Positions 1 through 13,135 of a stretch of 43,750 nucleotides of DNA are shown here, in pieces. Source of the DNA: Malacoraja senta. Its lineage: Eukaryota. Each line of letters begins with the position of its first letter. The stretch's first letter is position 1. The notes beneath the pieces are model-generated. The model saw only the letters and a list, made by a program, of their open reading frames with translations. It was not told where the DNA came from and did no database searches. The stretch is taken from positions 250,001 to 293,750 of the forward strand of contig JAXLNO010000246.1 in assembly GCA_038087875.1 (NCBI GenBank), read 5' to 3'. The position numbers were made by a program, and so were the translations under genes.

Positions 1-702
1 TAAATCTTTAAAAGGAAACATAAATGTAAAAAAAAAGCAAAGATAAAAAGACAAAAAGAAAAAGAAAAAACAAAACCCCCCTAAACTAAAAAAAAATTAA
101 AAAAATTGGATAATAATAAAATAAGAATAAAAATAAAATAAATAAATAAAACAAAACAGAGCAAAACCGAATCTGAACTGAGAAATTCAACAATTTACGT
201 CTGTTTGTCGTCAAGTCCGTTCCACCCTATGAAGGTAAAATATTTTTTATAAAGGTTAAAGAGGGAACAATTTATGTTGTATGAAAGTGTTCAATAAATT
301 TTCCCCAATCTTATCAAATTGAACCAAGGGTTCAACAATGTCACTTCTGATTTTTTCTAAATTTAAACATGATATCGTTTCAGAATACCACTGGAGTGTG
401 GTCGGAGGGTTGGAATCTTTCCATTTAATGAAAATAAATCTTCTGGCAATTAATGTGGTAAAAGCAATCAACCGATGGGCGGAGTGGGACAAATGAATAG
501 AATCTAACATTGGTAACCCAAAAATTGCAGTAATAGGATGAGGTTGTAAATCTATACCTAAGACTACCGAAATAGTATCAAAAATTTATTTCCAATATTT
601 TTCCAAAAGAGGGCAGGACCAAAACATATGGGTCAGTGATGCCACTTCAGAGTTACATCTGTCACAGGTAGGATTTATATGACCATAAAAACGAGCTAAC
701 TT
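1..702 (-). mobile_element. 3' part of older LINE-1 (L1-B): ORF2 C-terminus and T-rich 3' UTR, continuing beyond the window start
   Basis: The minus strand reads ..KLARFYGHINPTCDRCNSEVASLTHMFWSC.. (CCHC knuckle) into ORF 256-510 (..KWKDSNPPTTLQWYSETISCLNLEKIR). It joins in frame with the sequence at 7178 once the nested L1 is removed. Confidence 0.9.
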
Positions 703-917
703 GACTTCCGGTGGCGCTATGGAGGCTTGAGTCCAGTACCAACTAGCTCCGTGCCGAAGAATCTGAAAACGGGAGAAAATCGGGTCTTACCTGCAGCGAT
801 CGCGATCTGAACGGCTGCCTGCCGCGTGACGTCATCAGGCGCGCGACTTTGACGGTATGTCGACGCAACATACCCCCCCCCTGTGTGCCAAAAAAAACCG
901 TTAAAGGGAAACCACCG

Positions 918-1913
918 ATGGAAGAGGTAGGCCTAACTGAGGCCTCGGCCTCAGGTACAATGACGGCCCAGGAAGACCCAACGAAGAAATCAAAGCAGAA
1001 AAAGTCTGAAATTGAAGATCTTAAAACTTTTCTCGCTGTTGAAATTAAACAGATTCAACTACAGTTGAAAACCTTTGAAGGAAAATTGAATTTTAAAGAG
1101 GAACTTAACTCTTTTAAGGTAGATTTTAAAGCAGAAATGCTTTCTACCGTTCAAGAAATACTGGAAGTCTGGAAGAGGTCCAGGGACGATGAGGTCAAGG
1201 AACAGATGGAAGTGCTGGAAGCCAGGTTCGTTTCGGTGGAATCGAACGCTAATATGGAGGTGGTCCCCATTCATCAAGCACTTGATCAACATAGAACAGC
1301 GATAACCGAACTTGAGAAATGGGCGGCGACAAGTGAGGAAACTGTAAATCGACTCCTTATTGAAAACCAACGCCTCTCCGGTATGGTGATCAAATTAAGT
1401 GATAAGTGTACCGATTTGGAGGGGCGTCAAAGACGCAAGAATTTAAGAATTGTAGGGGTGAAAGAAGGAAGTGAGAGGGAAATGGGCCCTCGGGATTTTG
1501 TGGCAGACCTACTACAAAAAGCCTTAAAATTGGATCAAAAACCTTCACTCGGTCGAGCACATAGAGCGCAGGGGCGTCGTACACAAGATGATGCCCATCC
1601 AAGACAAATTATAGTAAAGGTGCAACTTGATCATGAATTTGACGAGATAATGAAGAAAATCGTCCGAAGCGGACAGCTCTATTTTGAAGGTGCGAGGTTC
1701 AGTATTTACCGAGATTATCCGGCAGAGGTCTTCAAGAAAAGAGCACTGTTCACTGAGACAAAAAGAATACTGAAGAAGGTACCTGATTTGAGATACGGCT
1801 TGCTTTACCCCGCAAGACTAAGAGTCACCTACAAGCAGAAGGAGCAATTTTTTACAGACCATGAAAAAGCACTGGAATATGCCAAAGAAATCGGGAACGT
1901 GACCACAGACTGA
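918..1913 (+). CDS. ORF1: L1 ORF1p (coiled coil, RRM, CTD), uninterrupted
   Basis: Motifs DLEGRQRRKNLRIVGVKEG, LGRAHR, PRQIIVK, IYRDY and YGLLYPARLRVTY. First ATG at 918; the ORF track opens at a TTG at 849. Confidence 0.92.
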   Translation: MEEVGLTEASASGTMTAQEDPTKKSKQKKSEIEDLKTFLAVEIKQIQLQLKTFEGKLNFKEELNSFKVDFKAEMLSTVQEILEVWKRSRDDEVKEQMEVLEARFVSVESNANMEVVPIHQALDQHRTAITELEKWAATSEETVNRLLIENQRLSGMVIKLSDKCTDLEGRQRRKNLRIVGVKEGSEREMGPRDFVADLLQKALKLDQKPSLGRAHRAQGRRTQDDAHPRQIIVKVQLDHEFDEIMKKIVRSGQLYFEGARFSIYRDYPAEVFKKRALFTETKRILKKVPDLRYGLLYPARLRVTYKQKEQFFTDHEKALEYAKEIGNVTTD

Positions 1914-2510
1914 AGAATTTACATTACTCCTCAGGAGTCAAGGATTAACGGGACTTCACCAGATTTAAAAGGACCTTTAAAGTTCTTTTAAGAGCTTTAA
2001 GGACATTCGAAAACCGAAATGGACGGTGGACATTGGAGAAAACCGTGTTTTTTTTTTTGTTTTTTTTTTAATCTTTTTTTATTTTTAGTATAAACTTTAA
2101 GAACAATAATATCATAGTTGTGACCAATTGTTATTAATCACTATTACTATTTAGTATATTCATATCTAACTATATATGTAACTGCTAATACTTATTAAAT
2201 ATCTATATTACTACTAAAATTATTAACATTTATATTACTCATAAAAATTTAATACTGGGTATGATCGATAACAATGATTAATAACTAACAATCTCTGGTT
2301 AACGTAGAAATGAGTTACATACTTATATTCTACAGGAAGATGTGCAAGAGGTAATTCAGCCTACGTCATAATAAGGTTTGACGGTTTTTCTCTTTATTTT
2401 TCAATTTAAAATTAAATTTATAGATTTAGCGAAGATATTAATATGGTATGTACAGAATAATAACGTTGTGAATTTATGTTGTTTTCGGACTTTTCTGCAG
2501 GGATATGTGC

Positions 2511-2529
2511 GTATATATGTATGCATATG

Positions 2530-2593
<64 letters not shown>

Positions 2594-2625
2594 TGTGTGT
2601 GTGTATGTATGGGTATATATATATG
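2511..2625. repeat. (TA)n/(TG)n microsatellite in the L1-A inter-ORF spacer
   Basis: Direct reading of TA and TG dinucleotide runs. Confidence 0.9.
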
Positions 2626-3004
2626 TTTGCTACTCCCAAAGAAGTTAATTGATTGTCAGAAATATTCTTTCTTTTTTTTTTCGGGCACGGAGCTGGGAAT
2701 TTTTTTTTTACAAAGGCTACGGAAGTCTTTAGAATTCTAGCCACGTTAGTGTGGCTATCACTAACTACACTAATTGTAGATGTAGTTTTTTTTCTTTCAC
2801 CCTATACTAACCAATTCTATCACTTTTTTCACTTTAAATATTTTTATAACTTAATGTTTGAATGGAACAACAAGACTAATTCAAGGAGATGTGTTCGGAA
2901 GAGCGATGTATATGATTTTAAATTCATCTATTCGAGGTTCGGGAGCAGGGTCAGGTTTTATGTGTTGCACCTTCTGCTCGGTTATAGACCACCTTAGAAA
3001 CAAT

Positions 3005-6000
3005 ATGCAAGATGTTAATATGACAAGAGGGGGTCAGGGAATAACATTTTGTAGTTGGAATGTTAAGGGAATCAATGAACCAATTAAGAGAGGTAAAGTT
3101 TTGGCACATCTAAATTCAATCAAAACAGATATAATATTCCTTCAAGAAACACACCTTAAAAAGGAATCTCAACATAGACTTAAAGCTAAGTGGATCGCTG
3201 AATCATATCATTCCTCTTTTTCCCATAAGTCCAGAGGAGTTGCAATATTAATTCGTAAAGGAATACCTTTTACGAATTCATCAACAATAGCGGATATTGA
3301 TGGTAGATATATTATATTAGTTGGAGAGTTAAATGGAGAGAAAGTGATTCTTCTTAATGTATATGGGCCTAATTTTGATAACCCTATGTTTTTTAATAAA
3401 ACAATTAATATAATTCCTGAATTTACACAATATAAATTAATAATTGGAGGAGACTTCAATTGCACATTAGATTCATACTTAGATAGATCATCAAGGCAAA
3501 AAAAAGTAAAATCTCAATCAAGTGTATTTTTAAATTCATTTATTAATACCACTAATATTAAGGATGTCTGGAGAATTGAAAATCCAACTGGACGGGAATA
3601 TTCATTTTACTCACCAGTACATAAAACATACTCAAGAATAGATTATTTTTTAGTTGACTCCACGTTTATCCCATTTACTTACAACTCAAAACACCATAAT
3701 ATTATAATCTCAGATCACGCACCTGTAACATTCATGATTAAATTAAATGGAATGTCCGAGAAACAAACATATTGGAGATTTAACCCACAAATTTTGAACG
3801 AAAGATCATGCGAAGAATATCTTACTAAACAGATTCAAATATTTTTTGTGGTATATGACAACCCTGACACACCTCTTATGTGGGAAACGTTTAAAGCGTT
3901 TGTTCGAGGTGCATTAATTTCTGCTCAAGTATTTTATAATAAAGAGAACAGGGTTAAACAACAAACATTGGAAAGGGAAATCAAGCAACAAGATATAGAA
4001 AATGCGAGAATGCCATCTATTTTAAAACATAATAAAATTGCTGTATTGAAATATAAATTAAACAAAATGTATTCAGAACAAGTAATAAAACTTTATCAAA
4101 AAACAAACAATTACATTTTGAGTTTGGAGACAAACCACAAAAACTATTAGCACGTCAGTTACGAAAAATGGAAGGGGAAAAAATAATTCATAAAATTAGA
4201 ACAGAGACAGGAGAATTATTAAAAATGCCCAAGGATATAAACGAAAGATTTCTCCAATACTATCATAATCTTTATTCAACTAAAACTGTAGTACAACCAG
4301 AAGGAATAGCAGATTTTTTACTAAAATGTAATTTAAAAGGTTTAGATTCAAACGATAGAGAATTATTAGAAAGGGAGATTACGATAAAGGATATTGAGGA
4401 GTCTATTGGCTCTTTAAAAAATGGTAAAGCAGTAGGACCAGATGGTTTAGGCTCTGAATTCTATAAAAAAAATTATGACTTGCTCTCCCCACGTTTACAA
4501 AGGCTGTATGAGCATATCTATACTCAACAGAAACTTCCAGATACTTTAAATGAATCTATAATAACACTTATTCCTAAAGTTGATAAAGATCCGGAAGATC
4601 CGGGATCATATAGAGCAATTGCACTTTTAAATACAGATCAGAAAATATTAACTAAAATACTAGCGCATAGATTAAGTACAGTGATGAATAAATTAATACA
4701 CCCTGACCAAACAGGCTTTACTCAGAAACGGTACTCATATTATAATCTAAGAAGATTATTTAATATTATTTATTCTAAGAGAATTATCAATGAAGATCTA
4801 GCAATAATCTCACTTGACGCTGAAAAAGCATTTGATCAGGTTGAATGGTCTTATTTATTTTCGGTGATGGAAAATATGCAGCTAGGGGAGAAATTCTGCA
4901 CATGGATAAAACTGTTATATACAAACCCTACGGCTAGAATATTAACAAACCAAAGGTTGTCATCTAAATTCAGCCTATCTAGAGGTTGTAGACAAGGATG
5001 CCCGTTATCTCCATTATTATTTGCGCTTGCTATTGAGCCACTCGCAGAAAGAGTTAGGGGTCATCCGGAAATACATGGGTATAACACAAAGGACACAGTG
5101 AATAAAATTTCTCTATACGCAGATGATGTACTAATTTACATTACAAAACCAGAAATTAGTATTCCAAACTTATTAAAGCTAATAACCCAATTTGGTTCAC
5201 TCTCAGGATACAGAATAAATTGGAATAAAAGTGAAATTATGCCAATAAGGGAACACAACAAACAGATAATACAACAATTTCCATTTAAAATAGTAAACGA
5301 AAAATTTAAATACCTAGGCATTTACGTAACTAAGATATATACATCATTATTTAAAGCAAATTTCCCCCCATTACTGAACAAACTACATAAGAATATTCAA
5401 TATTGGAAAACACTTCCTATCTCAATGGTTGGCAAAATTAATGCCATAAAAATGATTTTTTTTACCGCAAATATTATACCTTTTTCAGACAATTCCGATA
5501 TATTTGTCAAAAAACTTTTTAAAAAAATTGGATTCCATTGTTAATGATTTTATCTGGGATTATAAGAATCATAGGATAAATAAAAGACATTTGTGTAAAT
5601 CAAAAATAAATGGAGGCTTGGTTTTACCCAACTTTCTGTTTTATTTTTGGGCAGTTAATATTAAAAATATGAATTTCTGGTTGGAAGAAATAGATCAACA
5701 ACTAGATTGGTTAAAAATGGAAAAGGAAGATGGTTTACCTTTTGATATCGGCTCGATATTATTTGCTACGTCTAAATTAAACAAAAAAAATTGTAGGAAA
5801 ACCCTATAATATTTAGTGCTATACGAATTTGGAAACAATTAAAAAAGACATTAAAATTAGATAATTTATCACTTTTTCTTCCAATTGTGAATAACCCTTT
5901 GTTGAAGCCCTCATGGTTGGACAGGGGTTTTACACAATGGAAGAATTATGGAATTAAAAATATGGGACAACTTTACAAGGAAGGCACCTTTCTGACATTT

Positions 6001-6813
6001 CAGGAGTTGCAACAGACTTATGGACTTCAAGGAAATGATTTTTTCAGATATCTTCAACTCAGAGATTATGTAAAATCGAATACTCAAAATTTTCGAATTA
6101 GAAATTCAGAAATTCTTGATGAATGTTGGAATAAACATCCTAATACAGAAAAATTAATATCTTATATATATAATATTTTATTAGACAGTGACATTCCATC
6201 GACGGACTTACACAGACAAACATGGGAAAAAGAATTAAATCAAATAATAACGAAAGATACTTGGGAAGAAAGTTTACAACACATACATCAATGTTCATTA
6301 AATGCCAGACATTCATTAATACAATTTAAAGTAATACATAGGTTACATTATTCAAAAACAAAATTACATAAAATCTTTCAACATATCTCACCTATATGTG
6401 ATAAATGTCAACATTTAGAAGCTAACTTATCTCATATGTTTGCAAACTGTATAAAAATAAAAAAATTCTGGGTAAATATTTTCAGTATAATATCTAAAGT
6501 GACCAGCACACAATTGGACCCGGATCCAAAATTAATAATACTCGGAACATTAGAATTAAATCAAACATTTAAAACAACACAAAGAAACTTTATTGATTAT
6601 AGTATAATAACGGGAAAAAAATTAATTCTAAAATTTTGGAAAGGCCCTATAACCCCCACAATCAAAATGTGGATTATAGAAATGACGGAGACCTTAAACG
6701 TGGAAAGAATCAGATTTTCCCTGTTGGACAAACAGGAATTATTCGTTGGAACATTGTCTCCCTTTATTGATTATTTAAAGGGTCAGAATGGTTCAGCACA
6801 GGAACCTGACTAG
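3005..6813 (+). pseudogene. ORF2: L1 ORF2p (APE endonuclease, RT, CCHC) split by three frameshifts
   Basis: EN motifs SWNVKG, LQETH, GGDFN, SRIDY and SDH. RT motifs SLDAEKAFD, RQGCPLSP, LYADD and YLGI. CCHC motif CDKC..HMFANC. Frame changes near 4105, 5460 and 5790-5800. Confidence 0.93.
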
Positions 6814-7177
6814 CACTCGGGCTAAAGAATGGATGAAATGCTATACTCTGAAATGTACGAATATATCTCGAATGAAGTTTTTTATTTTAATAAATTTTTC
6901 CATTCTTCTTTAACTATCTTTTTCTTTTCTGTTTTTTTTTTTTTTTTTTTTTCTTTCTCTCTCTTTTCTTCTCTCCCTTTTCTTTCTTTACTTCATCTAT
7001 CTTTTTAGTTCTATCTAGTTTAAAAAAAACAAAAAAAGGCAAAAGGTATTGGAGACAATGTAATAATAATTGACAATATTATCAATTCAAAAATGTAAGA
7101 CTGGTAATGATGTTAATAGGTTGTGTACTTATCTCCAATAAAAAATATTTTCAAAAAAAAAAAAAACGAGCTAACTT

Positions 7178-10100
7178 ATCTTTTGACATATGAGCTCTGT
7201 GAACCACCTTGAATTGTATCAAAGCGTGTCTGCACACATTGAAGAGGTATTAACTAATTGAAGGATCCTCTCCCATTTCTCTATAGATAAAGACATTTGG
7301 AGTTCTCTTTCCCAGTCATTATTAATTTTATCAAATGTATCTATTTGTAATTTTAAAATCAACTCATGAATAGTCGTTATTAATTCTTTCTGATAAGGGT
7401 TCAACTGTAAAAAAAAATCAAAAATTTCGGGTTGATGTGGTAGCGGAAAAAGGGGTAGTTCCTTTTGTCTAATTTGTAAATATCTAAAAAAGTGTGAATT
7501 AGGTAAGTTATTGGAGAGTTGTTCGAAAGACATAAAACAACCCTCCAAAAACAAATCACAAAAAGCTACTAATCCCTTCCTCTTCCATAACAAAAAAACT
7601 TGATCAGTACTAGATGGTTGGAAGAGAAATTTGGATAAAATCAGATAGTCCAAAAAACGTATGAAATTGAAACCGTATTCGGAACGTATGTCTTATTATT
7701 GGGTTCGTCATATATTTATTCAATCTCGTAATTGTAAAAGGTAACGAGGTCCCTAGAATAGAAGCCAATTATAGCCCTTGTAAGGAATCACGTTCTAGGT
7801 TTATCCATCCAGGGCATTGGGTATCTTCTAAATCTTTTGTCCAAAATGTTAAATCACGAACATTGACTGCCCAATAGTAGAGTCTAAGGTTCGGCATTGC
7901 CAAACCACCAACTTTTTTTGATTTCTGTAGGTATTTTTTACCTAGTCTGGCATTTTTATTCTGCCATATATATGAAGAAATTTTAGAGTCTATAATATCA
8001 AAGAAAGATTTGGCAATACAAATTGGTATCGTCTGAAATAAATACAGAAATTTAGGTAAAATGAGCATTTTAATAGCATTGATTCGGCCAATTAAGGATA
8101 AGGACATTGGTGACCATTTAGTGAACTGATGTTTAATATGGTCAATTAAAGGAATAAAATTAGCTTTAAATGAATCCTTGTGTTTCTTGGTGATCTTAAT
8201 ACCTAAATAAGTAAAACTTTCGGTAGTCAATCTAAATGGAAACTGTCCATAACTCGAAACAAAATTATATAATGGGAAAGCTCACTCTTACTAAGATTTA
8301 GTTTATAACCAGAAAAACTACTGAATTGATTAAGTAATGCTACTATTGCCGGAATAGATTTCTCAGGGTTAGAAATAAATAATAACAGATCATCTGCATA
8401 AAGAGATAGCTTATGTGTCTTATTCCCACGGACAATACCAAAAATATTAGGGGATTCCCTAATAGTAGTGGCTAAAGTTTCCAAAGCAATATGAAATAGT
8501 AAAGGACTTAAGGGACAGCCCTGTCTCGTACCTTGAAAGAGCCTGAAAAAAGGGGATCTCTGATTATTAGTAAATACAGAAGCCTGAGGTATAAGATATA
8601 TCAGTTTGATCCAAGAGATAAATTTTGGACCAATCTTAACTTTTTCAAGTATATTGAATAAGTATTCCATTCTACTCTATCAATAGCCTTCTCGGCATCA
8701 AGTGAGATGACACATTCTGGGGTTTTATTAGACGCTGTATGTACAATATTTATTAATCTCCTAACATTAAAGAATGAGTAACGATTTTTAATAAAACCTG
8801 TCTGATCTTCAGAGATAATTTGCGGTAAAATCTTTTCCAATCTCATAGCTAATATTTTGGAAAGAATTTTAAAATCTACATTTAACATTGATATAGGTCT
8901 ATATGATGTCACTTCAGTAGGGTCTTTATCTTTTTTTTAAATTAAAGAAATAGAAGCTTCATAAAAAGATTGTGGTAATCTATTCCTTTAAAAAAGCTTC
9001 TTTAAATACCTTGCATAGCCATGGAGACAATAAATTTGAGAAATACTTTAAAAATTCTACTGTAAACCCATCTAAACCGGGTGTTTTACCAGAATTCATT
9101 GAAAAAATTGCTCTCTGTATTTCTTCTTCCGTGATGGGTTCATCTAACAACAGAGACTCATTGTATGGTAAATTTGGTAAGTTCAGTTTCTTTAAAAACT
9201 CATGCATTATATTGGAATCAGTAGGAAAATCTGATTGGTATAGGGAGGTATAAAATTCCTGAAAGGATTTATTAATTTCGTCATGGTCTACAGTTACTGT
9301 ACCATCCCGTTTACTCACTTTAGTAATCTGACTCTTGGCCGACACTGCTTTCAATTGATTAGTAAGTAATTTACCAGATTTTTGCCATTTATATAAAATT
9401 TACTTTTGGTTTTAAGTAACTGGTTCTCAATCGGTGATACTAATAACAAATCATATCTCAATTGAAGTTCAACTATTCTTATAGAGCTCTAAACTAGGAG
9501 CTTTTGAATATTTTTTATCAATTTCTTTAATCTCGTCAGCCAATGTGCGTATTTCTTTTTGTGTTTGTTTTTTTAATCCCGCGGAGTATGAAATAATTTG
9601 TCCATGAATATATGCCTTAAAAGCATCCCAAACTATATCATTCGATATCTCTTCATTAGAGTTTGTCAAGAAGTAAAAAGCAATCTGATCTTTCATAAAC
9701 TTAATAAAGTTTGTCTTGAAGCAAAGTAGCATTAAATCGCCATTGTTTAGCACTAAACTTGGAATCAGGTAGTTTGATCAATAGTTTCACTGGTGCATGA
9801 TCAGAAATAGCAATTGCATCATACTCACATGCAATGACGAATGGAATTAGCCGAGAATCTAGTATAAAATAGTCGATCCTAGAATAATTATGATATACAT
9901 GAGAGAAAAATGAAAATTCGTTGTCATTTGCGTGTAAGAATCTCCAAATTTCTAACATTCCCGAGTCAAGTAAAAAAGAATTAATAAAATTAGCTGATTT
10001 ATTTGGAAGCACATGATCAGATGTAGACGTATCAATCGAGGGATTCAAACAGCAATTGAAGTCTCCACCCATTATTAAAAAGTGTTCATTTAAGTTAGGA

Positions 10101-10480
10101 AAGGATGCAATTAACTGTTTAAAAAACTCAGGGTGATCAATATTTGGTGCATAGACATTCACCATAGTGACTTTTTGCCTATAAAGGACACCGGTAATCA
10201 CCAAGAATCTGCTATATGGATCAGAAATTGTTTCATGGTGAACAAACGGAATTGAGGGGTCGATAAAAATAGAGACTCCTTTCCCCTTAGCCTGTGAATT
10301 TGAATGAAACTGCTGTCCTCTCCAAAACTTGAAAAATCGTGACTTGTCATCTTGCCTTACATGAGTTTCCTGAACAAAGATAATCTGAGCATTTAGTCTG
10401 TGAAGAACTTTTTAAAAAAAATCCTCTTAATGGGATGGTTCAAGCCATTCACATTCCATGAAAGGAACTTTATCCATATT
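7178..10480 (-). pseudogene. ORF2: L1-B ORF2 fragments (EN, RT)
   Basis: Motifs FLSWNVNGLN, NVYAPN, MGGDFN, SRIDY, SDHAPV, KTPGLDG, YRPISMLN, SLDAEKA, RQGCPLSP, LYADD and YLGI are spread over at least 8 broken ORFs. Confidence 0.9.
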
Positions 10481-11097
10481 GCTTGTAAAAATCATGTGGG
10501 ATGTAATGGGTTAATTTCTTGAAGCCTAAAAGTTCATAATACTGGAAGAAGAAAAATCTAGGGCGGAGCCAGGTGACGACATTTCAGCCAATTTTGTAGT
10601 TCAGAATTTGCACAAATGGAGATCACTAAATAGGGAACAAAAGACCCCTCCCCCCTCCCCCCTCCCCCCTCCCACCCCTGTAGAACCCCAAACTGACCAA
10701 AAGACAGTCAGCAAACTACCTAATCCCCTCCCCGATCCCATCTCTCCCAGTAACAGCGCTCAGCATAAAATGAATAATATTTAACCACTACGTCATAGCA
10801 CATTCGTTATTATCTCTTTGAGAGAGAAGAAAAAAAATACAGACTGGCATGGAATGCTGCTTATTATTATCCAAGGTCAAAATATGAAAAACAAGAACTG
10901 CGTTCTCTTAGTTTGTCTAACGACAGGGGAACACGAATTAACAAAGAAATTCTTAAAAGAATATATATAAAAGAAAAACAACTCGTCCAGTTAAATTCTT
11001 AATCATTACCAAACGAAATGTTGTCAAAAGAGGAACAGTAAATCTCCAATTATAACTTAATCAGCTATCAATTACTCCCCTTCCTCGTCGTAGCTCT

Positions 11098-11932
11098 TCA
11101 GACGCAGCTGGAGGCGTCTTGAGGACTGTTAAAAAATCGAAAGTTACCATTGAAAAGCCGAATACGCAATCTAGCTGGTGATAATAGAGCTGGGCGCAGT
11201 TTTTTCTTATACAAATCAGACATTACATTATAAAAAGTCTTTCTTATTTCCAAAAGCTCGTAACTATAATCAGGGACAAACCGAAACTTACATCCTTCGT
11301 ATTCAACCACACCAAACTTTTTTGCTGCCTGGAGAATATTCTCCTTCATTTGAAAAAAATGAAACCGAATGATCAAGTGTCTCGGTTTATTACCGGATTT
11401 CTTCCCAATCCTGTGTGCCTTATCCAGGAACAGAAGGTTTTCATTGTGCTCAATGTTGAATGTTTCCTTTATCATTTTAGAAGCATATTTTATAACGTTA
11501 TCTCCTCCTTGGCCTTCCGGCAAACCAACAATTCATCAATTCAAACGACGGCTTCTGTATTCTAAGTCCATATTTTTAGACTTGTATTGCTGAAGTTCTC
11601 AAGTGTTTTCATTCATTCTCCGTTCCAATTTTTCAAATTTCAAATCTCTCTCCTGTCCCAGGGTGCGCAAGATATCAATTTGATCCTTTTGTTCACGAAG
11701 TTCATCTTGTAACAAAAACAGTTTTCCTTGGACTTCCTTCAATTTGGTCAACTCCTTTCACCATTTCTTCCAAACTGCCAAATCTTGTTTTCGTTTCATT
11801 TTTCAGCTCATTTTTCAATTCATCGTTCATTTTCGATATTGCTTCTATGATGCTGGAATCAGAAGCTACAGCTGTGGTTGTGGCTTTCCCCAGTTCCTTC
11901 TTTGGGGATCCTCCTTTCCTTCTTGTCTCCAT
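11098..11932 (-). pseudogene. ORF1: L1-B ORF1 fragments
   Basis: METRRK start, LDKAHRIG, PRHLIIRF, FVPDYS and ALLSPARLRI; frameshifted. Confidence 0.85.
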
Positions 11933-12624
11933 CCTTTTCACGATTAAGGCGTGTAAATGTGTTATCAACACTTTATGAACAGTTAGACGATGTCTTGAAG
12001 TCAAATAGTCACCAGTAACATTGAAAGAGTGGTCAGTGGAAGTTAAAAGTTAAGGGAGCAAACGAGTTTGCAACCTTACAGCATGCTGCCACTAGGAGAG
12101 TCTAGTTATTGACATGTTATTGATGTTCATGATTATTCTGTTCTTTGTGCCTGGCCATTTTGACTTTGTCACATTTTACTTGGTTTATGATATTGTACAA
12201 GATTTGCAATCACACCTCCCAATTGACTAAAATTATCCCAATTAACTAAATGCCTACTATGGCATTTAAATTATTGCATTATATTCAGTGCAGGGTAGAA
12301 GCTGCAGTTTTTAAAAGGGCAAGTTTTTATTACATACTATGTGGTGTGTGCCTGGAAAGCACTGCCAGGGATGGTGGCGTCTGGGGTGCACCTTTGTGGT
12401 GCATGGAGATGCAGGGGTTTGAGGGACATGAATCATTTGCAGGCAGATGCTGCCTAACTGGTGTCTGTCCGACTGATCTGGAAGGATCTGATGGTCAGGC
12501 AGGGAATATTTCCAGTGACCCAATGGTGCTGAGTTCGCTGAATTTTACGGTGAATGGGAATGCCCCTGTAATAGAGGAACAGGTCCTTTGTCCAACAACG
12601 TTTGTGCTGAACATGACGCAACCT

Positions 12625-12870
12625 GAGGCAGAGTGGCGCTGCTGATAGAGCTGCTGCCTCAGTGCGTCATAGACATCAGTTCAATCCTAACCTCGCTTGT
12701 CGGCTGTGTGAAGTTTGCACGTATTCCCTATGACCGCATGGGTTTCCACTGTCCTCCAGTTTTCACACACATACTAAAGATGCCAGGTTTATGGGTTAAT
12801 TGGTCTCTGTAATTTGACCCTAGTGTGGAAGCGAAAGTTAGATAACATAGAACTTGTGTGAACGAAACTA
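12625..12870 (+). mobile_element. tRNA-derived V-type SINE (HE1-like), degraded
   Basis: A/B-box-like GTGGCGCTGCTG and AGTTCAATCC, followed by a V-domain-like TGTGTGAAGTTTGCACGT..CATGGGTTTCC segment. Similar to the SINE at 31814-32137. Confidence 0.7.
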
Positions 12871-12889
12871 TTTGAAGGAGTATTGAGTT

Positions 12890-13135
12890 TTTTGTTTAGT
12901 TTAGAGAGAGAGCATTGAAACAGACACTTCGGCCCCACTGAGTCCGCACCAACCAACGATCACCCACATAAGCTAGGGACACAAGTCAATTAACCTACAA
13001 ACCTGCACATCTGTCTTTGGAATGTGGGAGGAAACTGGAGCACCTGGAGAAACCTATGCAGTCACAGGGAGAAGGTACAAATTCCGTACAGACATCACCC
13101 GTGGTCAGGATCAAACCCAGGTGTCTGGCACTGTG
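12890..13135 (-). mobile_element. V-type SINE in opposite orientation
   Basis: Aligns with 31814-32137: GTTTAGTTTAGAGA tail, TTCGGCCCCAC, GGAGAAAC..GTCACAGGGAGAA and CAGGATCAAACCC. Confidence 0.8.

Larger units (their letters stand above)
703..7166 (+). mobile_element. Full-length LINE-1 (L1-A), ~6.46 kb, nested in L1-B
   Basis: Starts GACTTCCGGTGGCG, then ORF1, a ~1.1-kb spacer, ORF2, AATAAA at 7137-7142 and an A tail at 7153-7166. Flanked by the TSD AAAAACGAGCTAACTT at 687-702 and 7162-7177. Confidence 0.97.
7162..12102 (-). mobile_element. 5' part of older LINE-1 (L1-B): 5' UTR, ORF1, spacer and most of ORF2, decayed
   Basis: The minus strand begins GACTCTCCTAGTGGCAGCATG, resembling the L1-A start. 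ORF1 and ORF2 fragments lie in the correct order. Confidence 0.9.

Noticed and set aside
2378..2997. Hydrophobic ORFs in the L1 spacer
   Set aside because: Arise from TA/TG repeats and T-rich low-complexity sequence.
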